Source: Spironucleus salmonicida
Lineage: Eukaryota
Reading direction: 5' to 3'
DNA: 64,000 bases
NCBI RefSeq assembly: GCF_000497125.1
Contig: NC_090602.1
Location: 310,001-374,000, forward strand
The notes under the pieces were generated by a model. That model had not been told where the DNA came from and searched no databases. It saw only the letters and a program-made list of their open reading frames with translations. The position numbers were made by a program, and so were the translations under genes. Shown one piece after another: positions 10,983 to 24,814 of the stretch (position 1 is the stretch's first letter; the number at the start of each line of letters is the position of its first letter).

Positions 10983-11880
10983 ATGTTATACTTTTATACA
11001 AATAATATATGTCCATAATTTAAAATAAGTGACCGTGGTAAATGTACTTAGACTAGCTAAACTTGCAAGGCTAGGAACTATTGTCCATCAAGTAGAACTA
11101 CTGAAACAGACTGCATGCCTTGCTCATAAAACTTTTAGTATGGGAAAGGCTGTTATTGCGAAGATAACACACCCATAAGAAATTGTAAGGAATGCAGCGG
11201 TACGTCGTGCTCTAAATGTATTCCGTTTACATTTCTTAGTAATGGTGAATGCGAAGATTGTGATGATAATTGTAAAATATGTACTGGCGCAAAAACATGC
11301 ACAGAGTGTATAGACAATTTTTTTAGATGATAAAACAAAAACATGCAGCATTCCTTGCAAAACAACAGAAGATTATAGTAAACTGTAAAGATGATTCTGT
11401 AATATGTAAACTAAAAAATGCGAGCCTTGCCCATTAAACTGTGAATTATGCTCATCTGCGACTGTTTGCAATAAGTGTAACTTTGGATTTATCACTACAA
11501 TTCAAGGAACTTGTACTGGCACAATGGTAAGAAAATATTGCAAAGATGGCGCATTTGTAGATTGTGACAAAAATCTTACATCGGAATGCGACTGTGGCAC
11601 CGCTATAAATTGTGAATCTTGCACAGAGGCTAATAATACTTGCCTGACGTGTCTTCCAAGCGTAGTTAAAGGAGGAAATGGAGTCTGTAATATCTGCGTA
11701 CCTGGATTTAAGATTATAGGAGTAATGTGTTGGCCAGACGATTAAGTAGGGCGAGTTACCAATAATCTCAGCGGTGGAATTATAGCAGGAATTATCTTGG
11801 GTACTTTAGCATGCATCTGTGGGGTTGGAGCAATCGTGTTCTTTGTTATAAAAAACAAACGTTGTAAAACTATACCATGA
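10983..11880 (+). pseudogene. Cysteine-rich membrane protein (CRMP/VSP-like), disrupted
   Basis: Many CxxC motifs, C-terminal LSGGIIAGIILG...FFVIKNKR TM and basic tail. Frameshift in the T7 run near 11318-11324 and an in-frame TGA at 11392-11394. Confidence 0.8.
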
Positions 11881-12518
11881 TTGATTTTATTATTATTTGT
11901 GATAGCTTCTACGTACGAAGCATAAGTAAATAAAAATACTAACACAGTTCATTTTCATTCATTTAAATTATTAAATATTACGTTATTTGAGTATATCAGA
12001 AGTAAATTTGGCAGGCATTCCGAATCACGACTTATTACTAGTTTTTAATAATTAAATTTGTATATTAAGAAATATCTAACTAAAAGTAGAAAGATAATTA
12101 TATAAACATAATAACATATGCTAAGTAAAATAAACTTTAGGTAAATACGCAAAGATTAAAGATTATATCTTTGGTATTCTTATTTATTTAAATTAAATTA
12201 TTTTATGATTAACTTATTATTTAAGTTTAAATATATAATTCAATTATAATATTTATTTAATTTTGCAACTACCAAAGTGTAGGAATATAAAAGTTAGATC
12301 CATTTCTGAGCCATTAAGAATAATATATAACTTATTTAAATAATGGAATAAGATTGAGTACTAAGTATATAATTTTAGACATAAAAGAAGAAACTGTTCG
12401 ATATATTAAATAAACCTATCATTATATATTTTATTAATAATATATGCTATTTTACAACCAAATCGTTTTTAGTCATCAAATTTATTAAGTAAACCAATAT
12501 ATCCTTTTAAAATTCTGT

Positions 12519-13148
12519 TCACTGCATAACCTAGTTCATCTAGTAATCTACGGCAGCAGTTGCAGCTTATTTAGTAACACCTTAAGCCATCTCTTTCATT
12601 TTAGCTTTAGCATCTTTACTGCATCTCAGATAAGCGATCAAGTTACTTCCTGTTGCAAACATTCCTAATATATCTAATGGTAATTTTAAAAAGCCAAAAG
12701 TGAAGAAATCAGCAAAAGTGAAAGCAAGATAATAAATTGGAGAAAACCACATCCCACCCCAGAATACGGATTTATCAAGTTTTGACATAACTATATCCTT
12801 TGATTCAAAATAGTAATAGGTTTTACCCTCAACTACATATGTATGCCACCTTATCCCGGCCAGGTAACGTCCAGCTAAATTCTTTGATGTGTAGAAGTCC
12901 AAAACAATACCTACTGCTTAGCAAATATAAATAACTGCCTGATTAATCCTGAAAAAAATATTTACCAATCCAAAGGTTAATGGGTACGCTTTAACTAAAA
13001 GGTAAACAATAATCATTAGAGGATGTGAAGTATTTCGAGTTAATTTGTTGCCAGATATTTATTTTTCTTTCTTTGGTGCCTACTACTCAGAGTCTGCCTG
13101 ATAGTAGTCTGTTGGAGCTGAAGGCATCTCTGGATTAAATTCTGCCAT
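12519..13148 (-). CDS. TVP23: Golgi membrane protein TVP23/FAM18 family, 209 aa
   Basis: SHPLM...LDFYTSKNLAGRYLAGIRW...YYFES...FWGG...NLIAYLRC signature. Confidence 0.85.
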
Positions 13149-13263
13149 TTGATTTAGAGTGAAATTAATTTTTATTATAAATAATTATATATTATAATAA
13201 TATATTCTATGTAAATATTGAGTAATATTATATATTAAATAAACTAACAAATTGTAAGTATAT

Positions 13264-14172
13264 ATGTTCAAAGATAGATTAAAGGATTTTTATCATTTTT
13301 GCTTGAAAATATATAAAAATAAATTAAATTAAACATTTAATTTAATATAAGTAGATTTACCACATTCTATTGAGCATTAGATTATTGTAGACTGTTAGCG
13401 CTCTCTTTTCAAGTTTAAGCATCTATACAAAGACGATTTTCAGAGTATCTAAGAGATTTACACGCAATATTTTCTGGATTTTTGGTCTTTTTTGCCATAA
13501 CATATTTAGCATTCTTACTTATAAGGTATTGGGGATGTGTTTGAAATCCTATTTCTAACATTTGCTGAATTTGATCAACATTCTAACTATTACAACCCAG
13601 TAAATTTTTAAAAACGTGAAAACTTAGAGTCTTCATAATGTAATCTATCTGATTTTTCCAATTTATCAAAATCGTAAACTGCACTATATCAAGCACAAAT
13701 CCCAATTAACCCAGATATTCTTATTAAAACTTCAGTATTTATCGCACTCAGCCATTATAACGAATCGTAATTCAAAATTTCATTCTATCAGAATCTCTCT
13801 ATTAACACTCCACTTTAATCAGTAATTTTTAGCAAAGAAATACTTGACACGTAGCTCTTAAAGCTTTACATTACACAAGGAATGCACTGCTCTAAATCGA
13901 TAAATTTCGCTTTTAACCAGTCAAAGAATTCAATTTAATTTGGAATTTCCCATTCATCGAAACTTATAATTCCAATTTTCTAAACAGCGATTTTGTAGGC
14001 TGAGAAGGAGATTACCGATGAAATTGAGGGCATGCAAACGCTTTGGGAAAAATTTGAAATTTTGAGTTTTGATGTCAAACTTTAAGGTTCTTATAATCGC
14101 TATTTAGTTGTATGCTACTTTATAATTTTAGGATTATTTTTCAGCCAATTGTAGACTCTACAATTCGAGTGA
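13264..14172 (+). CDS. TBC-domain Rab-GAP-like protein, 302 aa
   Basis: IIVDCQRS (IxxDxxR) and SYLQGIGD (YxQG) fingers under code 6; ends GAGTGA. Confidence 0.7.
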
Positions 14173-14194
14173 GTTGTATTAACATAGAAAGGGT

Positions 14195-14611
14195 TCACTC
14201 TACTTTGGTGAGGCCACAGCTGTACATAGCGATTTAGCTGTCTAGAACTGGACCGATCCAACCGACTGTAACTGTACCAGCCTCGCATTGCGTGTGACCA
14301 GCATCTTGTACATAGTCTGATTAGACCTTTTAAGCCTTTGCCACGCTGGATAATCGCTGGAATTCTTCAAAATCTTCAACGTAAAAAAGCACAATTTTAT
14401 GGTGCTCTTTCCAGTTTTCGATTTCCGTCGATTAAGAAAAAAATGCGCTAGATATTGCATGACCAACCTGGGCACATATTTTACCTTTCTATATTTTAGC
14501 TGATTTGAGTACTAATACAATGAGGGTTGGACATTATAAAATAACTGGTTAACCTGAATCAGGAACAGTGCTAGTGCTTGAAAGTAATGCTGGAGATGGT
14601 TTTTGCATCAT
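14195..14611 (-). CDS. PTH2: Peptidyl-tRNA hydrolase 2, 138 aa
   Basis: KGKICAQVGHA, KIVL, VQDAGHTQCEAGTVTVGWIGP motifs. Confidence 0.9.
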
Positions 14612-14756
14612 TTATTTAATTTTATAAAAAGCCAATATTGCTCCTATTAAAACAACATTTACAACATGGAAAAAACTATTATTTATTTCAGTATCCATTA
14701 GTATAAAGTGGAAATAAATTATATGTTAGTTATGAAATAATAATTACTTTTAATCA

Positions 14757-17555
14757 TCACATCAATTTAGCAATTTCATCCTTTTGGATTTTGCTCAATT
14801 TAACGCACATAATAACTTGGGCACCTTCAATAACCCAAGCAGTCCTTCCCTTACCACCTTTTAATGGAGAAACTTTTGGCTTAACATCATTTTTCGCCAA
14901 AATAGATTCAACTTCAGTCTTGAAATCTCCTGTTTTAGCAACGAAAATAGCAAAATCAATACCTAGAAACATAAATTAAGTGATTAGCTCACCATTTTAG
15001 ATGAATTTTTCACCAATTATTTCACCTAACTGGCTGATATAACGAGTGGGTGTATCTTCAAAAACACTAAATTTAGCAATTTATATTCCATGTAATGAAT
15101 CTAAGCGCTCCTAAAATAGCTTTTCCTAGATCAAATCCACTTTATTTCCAAGTTTCTTCCAACCATCAAAAAACTTATCAGCAGTTTGCAAAATCTGTGA
15201 TTAGTCAACACCCCAAGACGTCTTCAGATTATTTATAATTTACTGTTAACTTTCACTATAAGTTAAAGCTGCTTCACCACAAACGAAAGTTAAACGAACA
15301 ACACCATCAGAAACTCTTTTAGACTTAATTAAACGAATTAGACCAATTCTTGAGGTATTAGATAAATGTGTTCCACAACAAGCTTCAAAATCAGTATTTT
15401 AGATGCAAACACAGCGAACGGATGATCCTGGGACGACACCTCCTTGATAAAGTGTGAAACCATATCTATTTTCAGCTTCATTCTTAAGAAGGTTCTCCTT
15501 AGTTATTGGGAGAGAATTTCTGACAAGTCTGTTAGAAAGTTTCTCTATTTCAAGTTCTTCTTCGGGGTCTAATGAGCGGAAATGGGTAATATCTAAAGTA
15601 GCTTCTTTGGCAGTTTTCTTAGCACCAGCCTACCAGATATGGGGACCAAGAATTTAACGACAAGCTGCTGAAATCACATGAGCACCAGTATGGTGACACA
15701 TTAATTGATATCTATTTTCTTCATCAATTTTCATTATACAAGAAATAAAAGGTATTTTTGGAGTATTTTTAGCATAATGGAAGACAACAGGACCAACTTT
15801 TTTAACATCGATAATTTCAATAGTTTCGTTTTAATCCGTCACGATGATACCGATATCATTTGCTTAACCGCCAGAAATAGGATAGAAAATAGTTTTATCA
15901 AATACAAAAATAGTTTTACTATTCTTATTCTCAACATCTTCAATAATTTTTACTAACTTAGCATCATTTTAAATAAATTTTTCTTCGCCATTTTCTTCTG
16001 TATAATAAACTTGCTCAGTAGGTAATAGATCATGAGTATCATAAAGCTACTTTTAGTGCGTTTTAACCTAGTTAAGTTCTTATTATTCAGAAATCTTACT
16101 ATATAAATCGTTAGGTATAGGCTATGCTGAAATTTAAGCGATAGTATCAGGATCTATCCCAAACGTCGTACTGGCTACTACCCAATCATCTAATTTAAGA
16201 ATAGGATTTTTCTTTAACAGTTTCTATAATTTAGACTTAGCATCAGCATCAGTAGTTTTCCATCTTAAAATTTCAATATCAAGAACCTATTTCATTGGTT
16301 TAAATTCAGGGAAAGAATCTGGCCCTTATATTTTTTATAAATCGATTCTATGTGATTCCATAATTTCATAAATTCCATCTAAACCAATATGAATCCAATT
16401 ATTCTTTTAAAGAATTGAAAGAACACGTCTGAAAACGTTTCTAAGATTACAACCACCTCCAACATTAGAAGGTAAAGCACCATCCTAAATAGCTACTAAT
16501 AGTGAACGTAAATGATCTAAAACAATATAAATATCTCTAACAATTTCAATTTCAGATTGAAATTAGGTTTTTTCAATATTAGAATCCGATGCAATACTGT
16601 CCCACGTTTTTGCAATATCCTCACATTCATCCACATTAAGTAAACATGACCGAGGTCCGAAATGCTTCCAGGAAGCTGAGTTTAGTCTAGCTGTATCAAA
16701 ACTAATTAATTTAGTGAATGTTTATAGAGCTGTAGGGAACGCTGTAATGTATGAAGTGACATTTCCAGAAATTAACCATGGAATTCTTTCTAATCCTATT
16801 CCTACATCTACAACCTATACTGGTAACTCCTCAAGAGTTCCATCTGGGAATGTTTTAAATTACATAAATACCATATTTCCTACTTCTAATCCATTGATAA
16901 AGTATTCTACACATGGACCTAAATTTCCACCTCCAGCCCAGCAATCAGCAGTAAAAGTAACAGCATCCAGATTAATTCCAAGCTTTTCTAACCATTAAAT
17001 ATTATATCTCACAATATCCTCATTCCAATATACTCTTTAGTCTTTCTTATTAAAAACTTATATACCTAACATATTAAATCCAGAATAGTGTCTTCCTGAG
17101 AGGCCAATAGAGTCTAAATCATTAAATCTTAAACAGAACTAAGCTTATATAAGGGGATTGGCTGGTGGATCTACCTCACCAGTAACACAAAATGGTTAAT
17201 AACACTAGATTCCCGCTGCAGTGAATTCGCAGTCATCTCTCCACCGAGCGACGACTGGGTAACGATTGACTAAAGTATGTGGTATATCAGTGGTAGTAAA
17301 ATGATCCTTAAACGATTAAAAGACTTATTCTGGAGTAATATCTAATGGATCTTATTTGATAAAAGTATAAGACTTTAAACAGTCAGAATCCCCACAAGTT
17401 TCTGACGCAGATGTTCTACGCCAATAAAGTGTATTGCAACAAGGACAAGTTGCCTTAGTATAACCATAGTCTAAAAATACCTATACAGGATAATATTTCT
17501 CAGCATCTTCCTAAAATTTAGGTCTCCAAAACTTTTTGAGTTATTTCGCTAACAT
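14757..17555 (-). CDS. alaS: Alanyl-tRNA synthetase (archaeal type), 932 aa
   Basis: N-terminal CPCC...YW...CGD..C, VVARWRDD, AGGGNLGP, VDVGIGLER, DHLRSL, PSNVGGGCNLR; editing motifs HHTGAH and EACCGTH; C-terminal GGKG. Confidence 0.95.
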
Positions 17556-18217
17556 TAAGGAGTGGAAGAAACAGAAAATAAATACAGAATAAGTATAATA
17601 AATATTATCATTCTAACTTTTATGAACACAAATCTATTGAAAAATGATTTACTCACCCAAATCAGATAGGCACGCATTATTTTATATTCTATCTCTGGTG
17701 CATATGAGCTGAATAGAAAATCTACCTTCACACAGACCGAATAAATCAGTTAAAAAAATGATAGCAAATAATACACATAGAAAATAGATTAGGCCATATA
17801 AAGCTTATCTATAATTAGGTGCATTTCTGCATAAACTTGTAATATAAATACATCAAATCTAGAATTATAAGTGGATATTATACCTATTAGGCCGAGCTAG
17901 TCATACAATATACAATTTAAACCATTGGAACAAAAATTAAAAAACTACTCTTCAGTAGATATAAAATTCAATAAAAAGCTTAAATTATAATCATAATCCC
18001 CTACAGGAAATATAATAAGACTTCCAAAGTGCAAATAATTAAATTTTGCTTAATATTAGGATAGTGAAGAAAAGAGATGTGTATAAAGTGTATATATAAA
18101 GAAAAGGCCGACATTAGAATGATGATACAAACTTTTATTTTTATACAAAATAGATTTGATAATAAACCTTTATAATAATATATAATTCCACATAATTATT
18201 TTCCCATTCCTTCACTC

Positions 18218-19255
18218 ATGCCTGAAAAAGTTGGTTAACTTCTTTGGTCAACAGAAGATCATCCTGAGACTGTACCTGACAGACTTGAAATTAGAGAAAA
18301 ATATAGAAAAGCTGCTGAAGTTCATCGTAAAGTCAGAGAATATGCTAGAACAAAAATTTCTCCTGGTGTTGATTTGTTTGAGGTCGCTGAAGATATTGAA
18401 GCTTTTTTGAGAACTGCGTGTGGTAACAAAGGTGCTGAATCAATGACTAAATCTAAAATGGGATAAGCTTTCCCACTAGGTTTGTCCGTTAATCACTGTG
18501 CAGCTCATTTCTCTCCTTTATCAAATGATACTTATGTAGTAACTGATAAAGATATTGTTAAGGTTGATTTTGGTGTCCACTATGATGGTTATATTATTGA
18601 TTCTGCATTTTCTATGCACTGGGACCCTAAACTAGATGTTATTTGTTAAGCCTCCAAGGAAGCTACTGATATAGGTATCAAAACTGCAGGTGTAGATGTA
18701 CCACTTAGCGAATTAGGAAAAGCTATTGAGGAGGTTATCACCTCTTTTGAATACGAAGGTAAACCGATTTAACCTGTACGTAATCTTTGTGGTCATTAGG
18801 TAGATCGTTATTGTATACATGCTGGAAGATCAATTCCTCTTCATAAGGGATCTAAGGATCATTCCCGCATGAAGGATGGAGAAGTGTATGCTTGTGAAAC
18901 TTTTGCTAGTACCGGTAAAGGTGAAATTCATGAAGAATACCCAACATCTCATTTTATGCTTGCTCCATAAGCTGTCAAGCTTCCTTTAGCTGCTATCAAA
19001 GGAACTGCTGCAGCTAAAACTCTTTTTACTACTCTTAAAACTTCATTTAGCACGCTTGCTTGGTGTCCTAGATGGCTTGATACGATGAAGATTTAAAACT
19101 ATGGTATGTCTTTAGGGTCTTTAGTTAAATCTGGATATGTCAACGATTATCCCAAGTTGAATGACAAAAAGGGTTGCTATGTTTCTTAGTTTGAACATAC
19201 TTTTATGGTAGCTGATTGGGGCAAAGAAGTATTTAGCAGAGGCGATGACTATTGA
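18218..19255 (+). CDS. MAP2: Methionine aminopeptidase 2, 345 aa
   Basis: AFPLGLSVNHCAAHF, KVDFGVHYDGYIIDSAF, NLCGH, YACETF, SQFEHT, C-terminal SRGDDY. Confidence 0.95.
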
Positions 19256-19733
19256 TGTTTTCAATATTTATATTTAAATGGAATATATTTTAATATCTAT
19301 AGTTTCACCCTTATCTAACTAAATTTTGACATTTGTCTATTTATAAAATAAAATAAAACTTTTTTGTAGTATAAGTATCATATAGTCGAATAATACGATT
19401 TTCTTAGTATAATATTGTTCCCAATAATTAAAAATTACATATTTCTTTTATTTTATGGATTAATATATATTTTATTGCTTCCTCATAGTATCATTAATAT
19501 TAAAACTGAAATTGATATTTTATAAAAATAATTAGATACCTAACTTAATGAAGATGATTAATTAACGCCTTAGCACACTGATTTTAATTTACTTTAAGAA
19601 CATTATAATATACTTAGAGTAGCAACGATTTTCATAATCTTTAATTTTTTGTGGCGTAATTTCAATCAGTATAAAAATTTACAAATAATTATCATACTTA
19701 AAAATAATAATACTAAATAATTAATCTTATTTT

Positions 19734-21494
19734 TCACTCCAAACACTTCAAAACGGCATCTGAATTAGCAAATTCGATGGCTCTTTTACCTTCCTTATTC
19801 AGCAGGTTTTTTTCGAACTTTACCAAATTACGAATTAATCCTAAATTTGTACCCTTAAATGAAGCCATCATAAGAGCACTGGTACCATCTTTAAGCTACT
19901 TACCAGAATTTGCTAAAATAAGTGAATTTTCAGCTTTCGAATCTAGATTAGAGTCACATTTTATATAAAACATTAGAGGAGTTGTACCATCCTTTAGAAA
20001 TACATTACTCTATGATTTTATAAGAACTCTAACACACTCGCTAGACCCTGCTTAAATAGCAACAAACAAAGCAGGGATATTATCAGTAAAATTTAAAAAC
20101 TTTTTAGTAAGACTTTCTAGCTCTTTTTTGCATATTTACTATTATTGTACATTATATATAAAATTAGTTAACTTTGATGATCCAAAGCGTGCGACATCTG
20201 AAATGACTTTTACTACTTAAAATTTGTTTGCAGCACAAGCACGAAGCATCACATTTTGTATGAAATCTCTTTATAACAGTACTGGAACTACCTTTCCAGC
20301 ATCATTTTAAAGTGCTAAATCAATAGCAGTTTCTCCTTTTGCATTTTTACGTTTTTTGAAAGTCTCAGCAACAACATCAATTGAGTGAACAGAATTACTC
20401 AAAGCTGCATGCATAGAAGGTGTATTTTAAGTAGGTGGAAGAGTATCTTTTTCGTATTAAAGAAGGAACGAAACAGCAGCAAAATTATCGCATTCACACG
20501 CATAAATAAGCGAGGATTTGCCTTCTAAATCAACATTATTTTAGAAGTTTTAAACAATTTGTGGAAGAATTGCATTATTTTGGGCATGGTTAACAACATA
20601 GTGCATCAAATGCCTATTTTACTTGTCTAAAATTATACTTTCTTCAGTAATTAAGAGAGCTAAACATTCTACATGACCATTTTCAGCAGCATACATACTA
20701 GCTGTTTTCCCTGAATTATCTTGCATTGAAATTTCTGAGATTAATTCATTAATACAGTTTGAATTATTGTTCGCTGCTGCATACATCAGTGCTGTTTTTC
20801 CGTCATTATCAACTGATTTAAGTTGATTTACAAAATATGGAAGAAGTGTTTAAAGACCACTTTCAGCGGCTTTCATAAGCATTGTTGTGTTATTTTTATC
20901 TGAGAAATCGCGCTCTGTTAGTAGATGTTCAGACATTTTCAAGTTTCCAGCATCTAAGCTGAACCATAAACTTGAGCGATTAAACGCATCTTAATGTTAG
21001 AGAAATTATGAAAACCTACCAACTTCTTCTTCAGAAACAGCGGCTGCCATCAGATTTGTTATTTTACCACAATTTTCGTTAATTTAATTAAAAATTGTCA
21101 GATTTCCGAGACATAGAGCGAGTTGCGAAGCTGTATATCCTTCTTTTGATATAATATTTTTTTCTTTTAAAAATTTAGTAACAGCAAGGCTCGAACCTGA
21201 AATAGTTGCATACATAAGGGCTGTGAAGCCATTGTTTGATTGGATTGTTTGCTCAATAAGAAGATCGTTGTAATAATATCCTCTTGCTGCACCATACATT
21301 GACGCGGTAATGCCATTTGCGTCCTAAAGTGTTGATTCATAGGGCGCTAAAATCTCAACTACATTTTAAAGACCACGAGATGAAGCTAACATAAGAGCAG
21401 TACGTTAAAATTAATCACGAGACGTAGAAAATGTTGGTATTAAGGTTTAGATTTAGTCAATATCGGCAGATGCAACAATTTAAAACCAGTTCAT
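19734..21494 (-). CDS. Ankyrin-repeat protein (Protein 21.1-like), 586 aa
   Basis: MNWFQIVAS... then repeated RTALMLAS, GFTALMYAT, GKTALMYAA, GTSALMMAS. Confidence 0.85.
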
Positions 21495-21687
21495 TCAGAA
21501 TTTGGAGTGGCAGAATAGGATATGAGATATTATATTTTAAAAAATCAATTATTTTTAGGTTAACGAATTAACAGATATGGACTATTATATAATAAATAAG
21601 CAAAAAAGTTTAATAAAGTTTATTAGTTCAGCATAGAGATAAATAGATCTAATAACAAATTATATTATTATTAAGTCAAAGCATGAA

Positions 21688-21873
21688 TCACTCATCTTCG
21701 CCAGCTTCAAGTACTGCATTGTTTTAACATACAGCTTTACAGTTACCACAATCCACACAACCATCAGGATCTATAAAACAGCTTTCGTTGACAAGACTAA
21801 TTGCATCAGCAGGACATTAAGTCAGGCAGTTTTGGCAGCCTTAACATACTGATGCTTTTATTTTGTGAGGCAT
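21688..21873 (-). CDS. 2[4Fe-4S] ferredoxin, 61 aa
   Basis: MPHKIKASVCQGCQNCLTQCPADAI...IDPDGCVDCGNCKAVCQNNAV: two CxxCxxCxxxC motifs. Confidence 0.9.
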
Positions 21874-22404
21874 TACAAGAAAAGAAGTGGTATCTAAGTT
21901 ATCATCGACTCAAGCAATAAAATAATATTTTATATTAATAGATATGTTTTAAAAATGTAATTAATTTATATGTTTACAGTATTAGCCAAATATAATAAAA
22001 ATGTTGTTTAACTGGATTGAAACAATATATCTTATAAATATATTAGTATTATATAATCTTATGTATATAATTATTATTAAAAATTATATTCAATTAATGT
22101 AAATTTAGATACATAATCGTTTTTTAAATCGAAAAGAAATTAGTTACTAATAATTATATAATTATAATTTATTGTCCGTTAGAAAGGAATTCTATAGTTA
22201 TAATAACAAAGAATGCTATTATTAATACTTTATAAACAAACTATTTCCTATATTATAAACCAATATATATCTTTTGTCCAAACCTTAAAGATATTTTTGG
22301 TTTGATTTAAGTATTCACATAGATAAATTCTAGAAACTATAAAACAATAAATTTTACATTCATGAAAACAAATATCATTTGCATCATATAAATATTTTCA
22401 AAAA

Positions 22405-22818
22405 ATGGAGCATCAAATTGAAAAAGACATCATATAGTTTTCAAAACTGACTTTTGATTGCATAAATATGGACTCTCTACAATAAAAAACCTATATTCCT
22501 AAAAAAGTTGGTTATAATAACATTATTTAGAGGGTTCCGTTTGTTCCATCATATAGATCTGTTCTGAAGCAAAAATCGTACTACGACCTGCCGGGGCGGA
22601 TCGACGAGAAGTGCCAGCAAAAGCTGCACAAGCTGGACGCCATCAAGTCCGCCAGGCAGCTGCAGTACAGGGAGCAGTACGAGGTGGTTGAGCGGCCCAA
22701 GACGCAGTGCGGGAGGGCGACGCCGAGGCAGCCGGCAGTGCGAACGCCGAGCCCCCTCCGAACTGGCGCGATCCGGAGGGAGCTGAGCCACTTCGTGAAG
22801 TACCATGCGGTCGAGTGA
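22405..22818 (+). CDS. Hypothetical 137-aa protein, copy 1 (AT-rich 5' part, GC-rich 3' part inside repeat B)
   Basis: MEHQIEKDIIQFSKLTFDCINMDSL...SVLKQKSYYDLPGRIDEKC...KYHAVE-TGA, open under code 6. Confidence 0.8.
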
Positions 22819-22862
22819 GCGGGTGATGCTATTGGGGCGCGACGATCCTCCGCTGCGGGCGC

Positions 22863-23756
22863 TCACCGTTGCACCAGCCCCAGGTCCAGGCGGTTGTGCA
22901 TCTCTCCGCCGCACACGACGCAGGTCTCGTCGTTCTTGAAGGTCACGACGCTCTTCTCGCACCGGGCGCACACGGCCTCGAACTGCCAGATCTCGCGCTC
23001 CACGATGCGGTGGTTGAGCTGCAGGCAGCGCTTCCAGCGTTCGAGGTACACCTTCTGGCAGTCCAGGCAGTGGAAGCAGGCCACCGCCTGGTTCTCGTAG
23101 CGGGCCTCCTCGAAGCGGATGGGCGCCGGGAGGTGGAACTGCCGCGTGCGCGTCCGCTCGAGCTGCTCGAGCTGCAGGGCCTGCTGGTGCAGGAAGTCCT
23201 GGTACTCCCGCGCGAGGCCGCGGCTGAGGTCCAGGAAGCGGAACTGGCCCGTGAGGCGCTGCTGCCGGAACTCGAGCTGCTGGTTCAGCGCGCGGAACTG
23301 CCGGTCGTAGTGGCGGTTGCACAGCAGCAGCTCCCCGAAGACGGGGCTGGCGCAGTGCAGCAGCCGGCAGGTGCGGGGCCGCTGCCCCAGGTTGATGAGC
23401 TGCGCCTGGCTGTCGACCACGAGGCAGTACGTATCCCTTTTGGCGGTGAACAGCCGGAAGTTCACGAGCGCGTACAGCGCGCCCTGCTCCAGCGCCACGC
23501 CAAGGGGGAAGGCGACCACGGCGGCCGAGCTGTCCGCGAAGAGCGTGAAGGTGGGTGTCACGCGCTGGGGGACCGCCAGGAAGACGTGCGCGTCCGGGGC
23601 GAACGAGCACGCCGAGAGCTACGGCCTGGGGTGCACCAGCCCGGGCAGGTCCCGCAGCAGGCCCAGGTGCAGCTCCTTGCGCTGGACGGCGGCGTGCAGG
23701 CGGACGGCTGCCGGTGTGGCGGAGAGGGTGTAGGGCGGCAGGCTCAGCGAGTCCAT
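22863..23756 (-). CDS. MCM10: MCM10-like replication initiation factor, copy 1, 297 aa
   Basis: OB-fold segment EQGALYALVN...CLVVDSQAQLINLG, then a CCCH finger (TC..C...CNRH..QFRAL) and C-terminal CxxC-C-H plus CxxC/CxxC zinc motifs. Confidence 0.7.
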
Positions 23757-23798
23757 TATGGAGGGGAGCTTCGCCCAGAGTCAGTGAGAGGGAGCGGC

Positions 23799-24092
23799 TC
23801 ACATCAGCTTCGCCGGATCGAAGTTGGCGGCGTGGCGCTTGAAGGTCTTCTGGAAGTACTGGGCGGCCTGCTTGTAGTTGATGGGCTTGGTCCCCAGTAG
23901 CTCGCTGTACACCTCCGCCACGCGCTTCATGAACCTGTCGGTGTTCTGAATGACCTTGCGCTCGCGCGCCTCCAGGTACAGCTTGGCGGCGTGCGCCTTG
24001 CTCTGCACCACGATGTCGAAGCTGAACATGACCTCCATGAAGGCCAGGAAGTAGTTGTCGTCCTTGACGGTGTTCAGGGGCATGAACGGCAT
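23799..24092 (-). CDS. Conserved 97-aa hypothetical protein, GC-rich copy 1
   Basis: MPFMPLNTVKDDNYFLAF...; three copies in the window. Confidence 0.85.
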   Translation of the reverse strand: MPFMPLNTVKDDNYFLAFMEVMFSFDIVVQSKAHAAKLYLEARERKVIQNTDRFMKRVAEVYSELLGTKPINYKQAAQYFQKTFKRHAANFDPAKLM

Positions 24093-24797
24093 TATCGCCG
24101 AGAAAGGTTACTATTATCTTCCCTATTAGATAGCTCCCTGATATAACTCTTTGTCGCTCCGCCGCTCCTGGCGAGTGGAAAATGCAAGTGCCGCACGCGG
24201 TCCACTGTGGCAGGGCCTTTCGCTGCGGCCCGTGCGCCAGTCTGGGATGCCAGTGCGAGATTGGAGTGCGGGGTGCCTCTGCGCAGGGTCCCACCGCCCA
24301 ACGGTCCCGGACAGCGGACTGCCACGAGCCAGCCCGCGGGCCCGGATGTTCTGGCGGGCGGGTACCGATTCTATGCATCCTCTGTTGTAGGTCCAGTGGC
24401 GAGGCAGCGCGGCCCTGCAGAGCACGAAGAGACAGACGGATGCGTGGTGCAGAATTTTGCGTGCAGGGCTCCCCGCCGGCAGTAATCGGTCGCCACCGCC
24501 CGGCACGCGCAGGATCGTGCTATCACGCCCTAAGCACGGCGCAATCTCAACAAAATCTGCAACCAGAGAATCACATGCAATGAAAGATATTGTTTTAGGT
24601 AAGTAGTTGTAATTATCTAACATCAAAATTATTGTGGTTAACCTTTTGCATAAGCTAGTCTGATATTTTAAGCATATACTGAATAATAAGTAAATTCACT
24701 CATGTTATTATTTTTTAGTCACGAACCTTTAGTTTGTCAACCTTTAACCTAAAATAATTTTAAGTAATGTTATTATACATTAAATACTAAGATAATA

Positions 24798-24805
24798 CCA
24801 CTCCA
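24798..24805 (+). promoter_or_regulatory. C-rich pre-ATG motif (CCACTCCA)
   Basis: About 10 nt before ATG 24815. Similar motifs at 37943-37950, 39115-39123, 6331-6337 and, on the minus strand, 21503-21510, 17559-17565 and 7950-7955. Confidence 0.7.
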
Positions 24806-24814
24806 AATTTTAAA

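Larger units (their letters stand above)
22558..24551. repeat. Left arm of inverted repeat B (1994 bp, GC-rich)
   Basis: Reverse complement of 31599-33592. Paired coordinates sum to 56150 at every point checked; one difference noticed (23040/33110). Confidence 0.97.

Noticed and set aside
22549-24378. 609-aa track ORF (and mirror 31772-33601), plus the 483-, 343-, 292- and 246-aa overlapping ORFs in the GC islands
   Set aside because: Arg/Pro/Ala/Gly-rich off-frame or antisense shadows of genes with extreme GC3; the real frames carry recognisable motifs.
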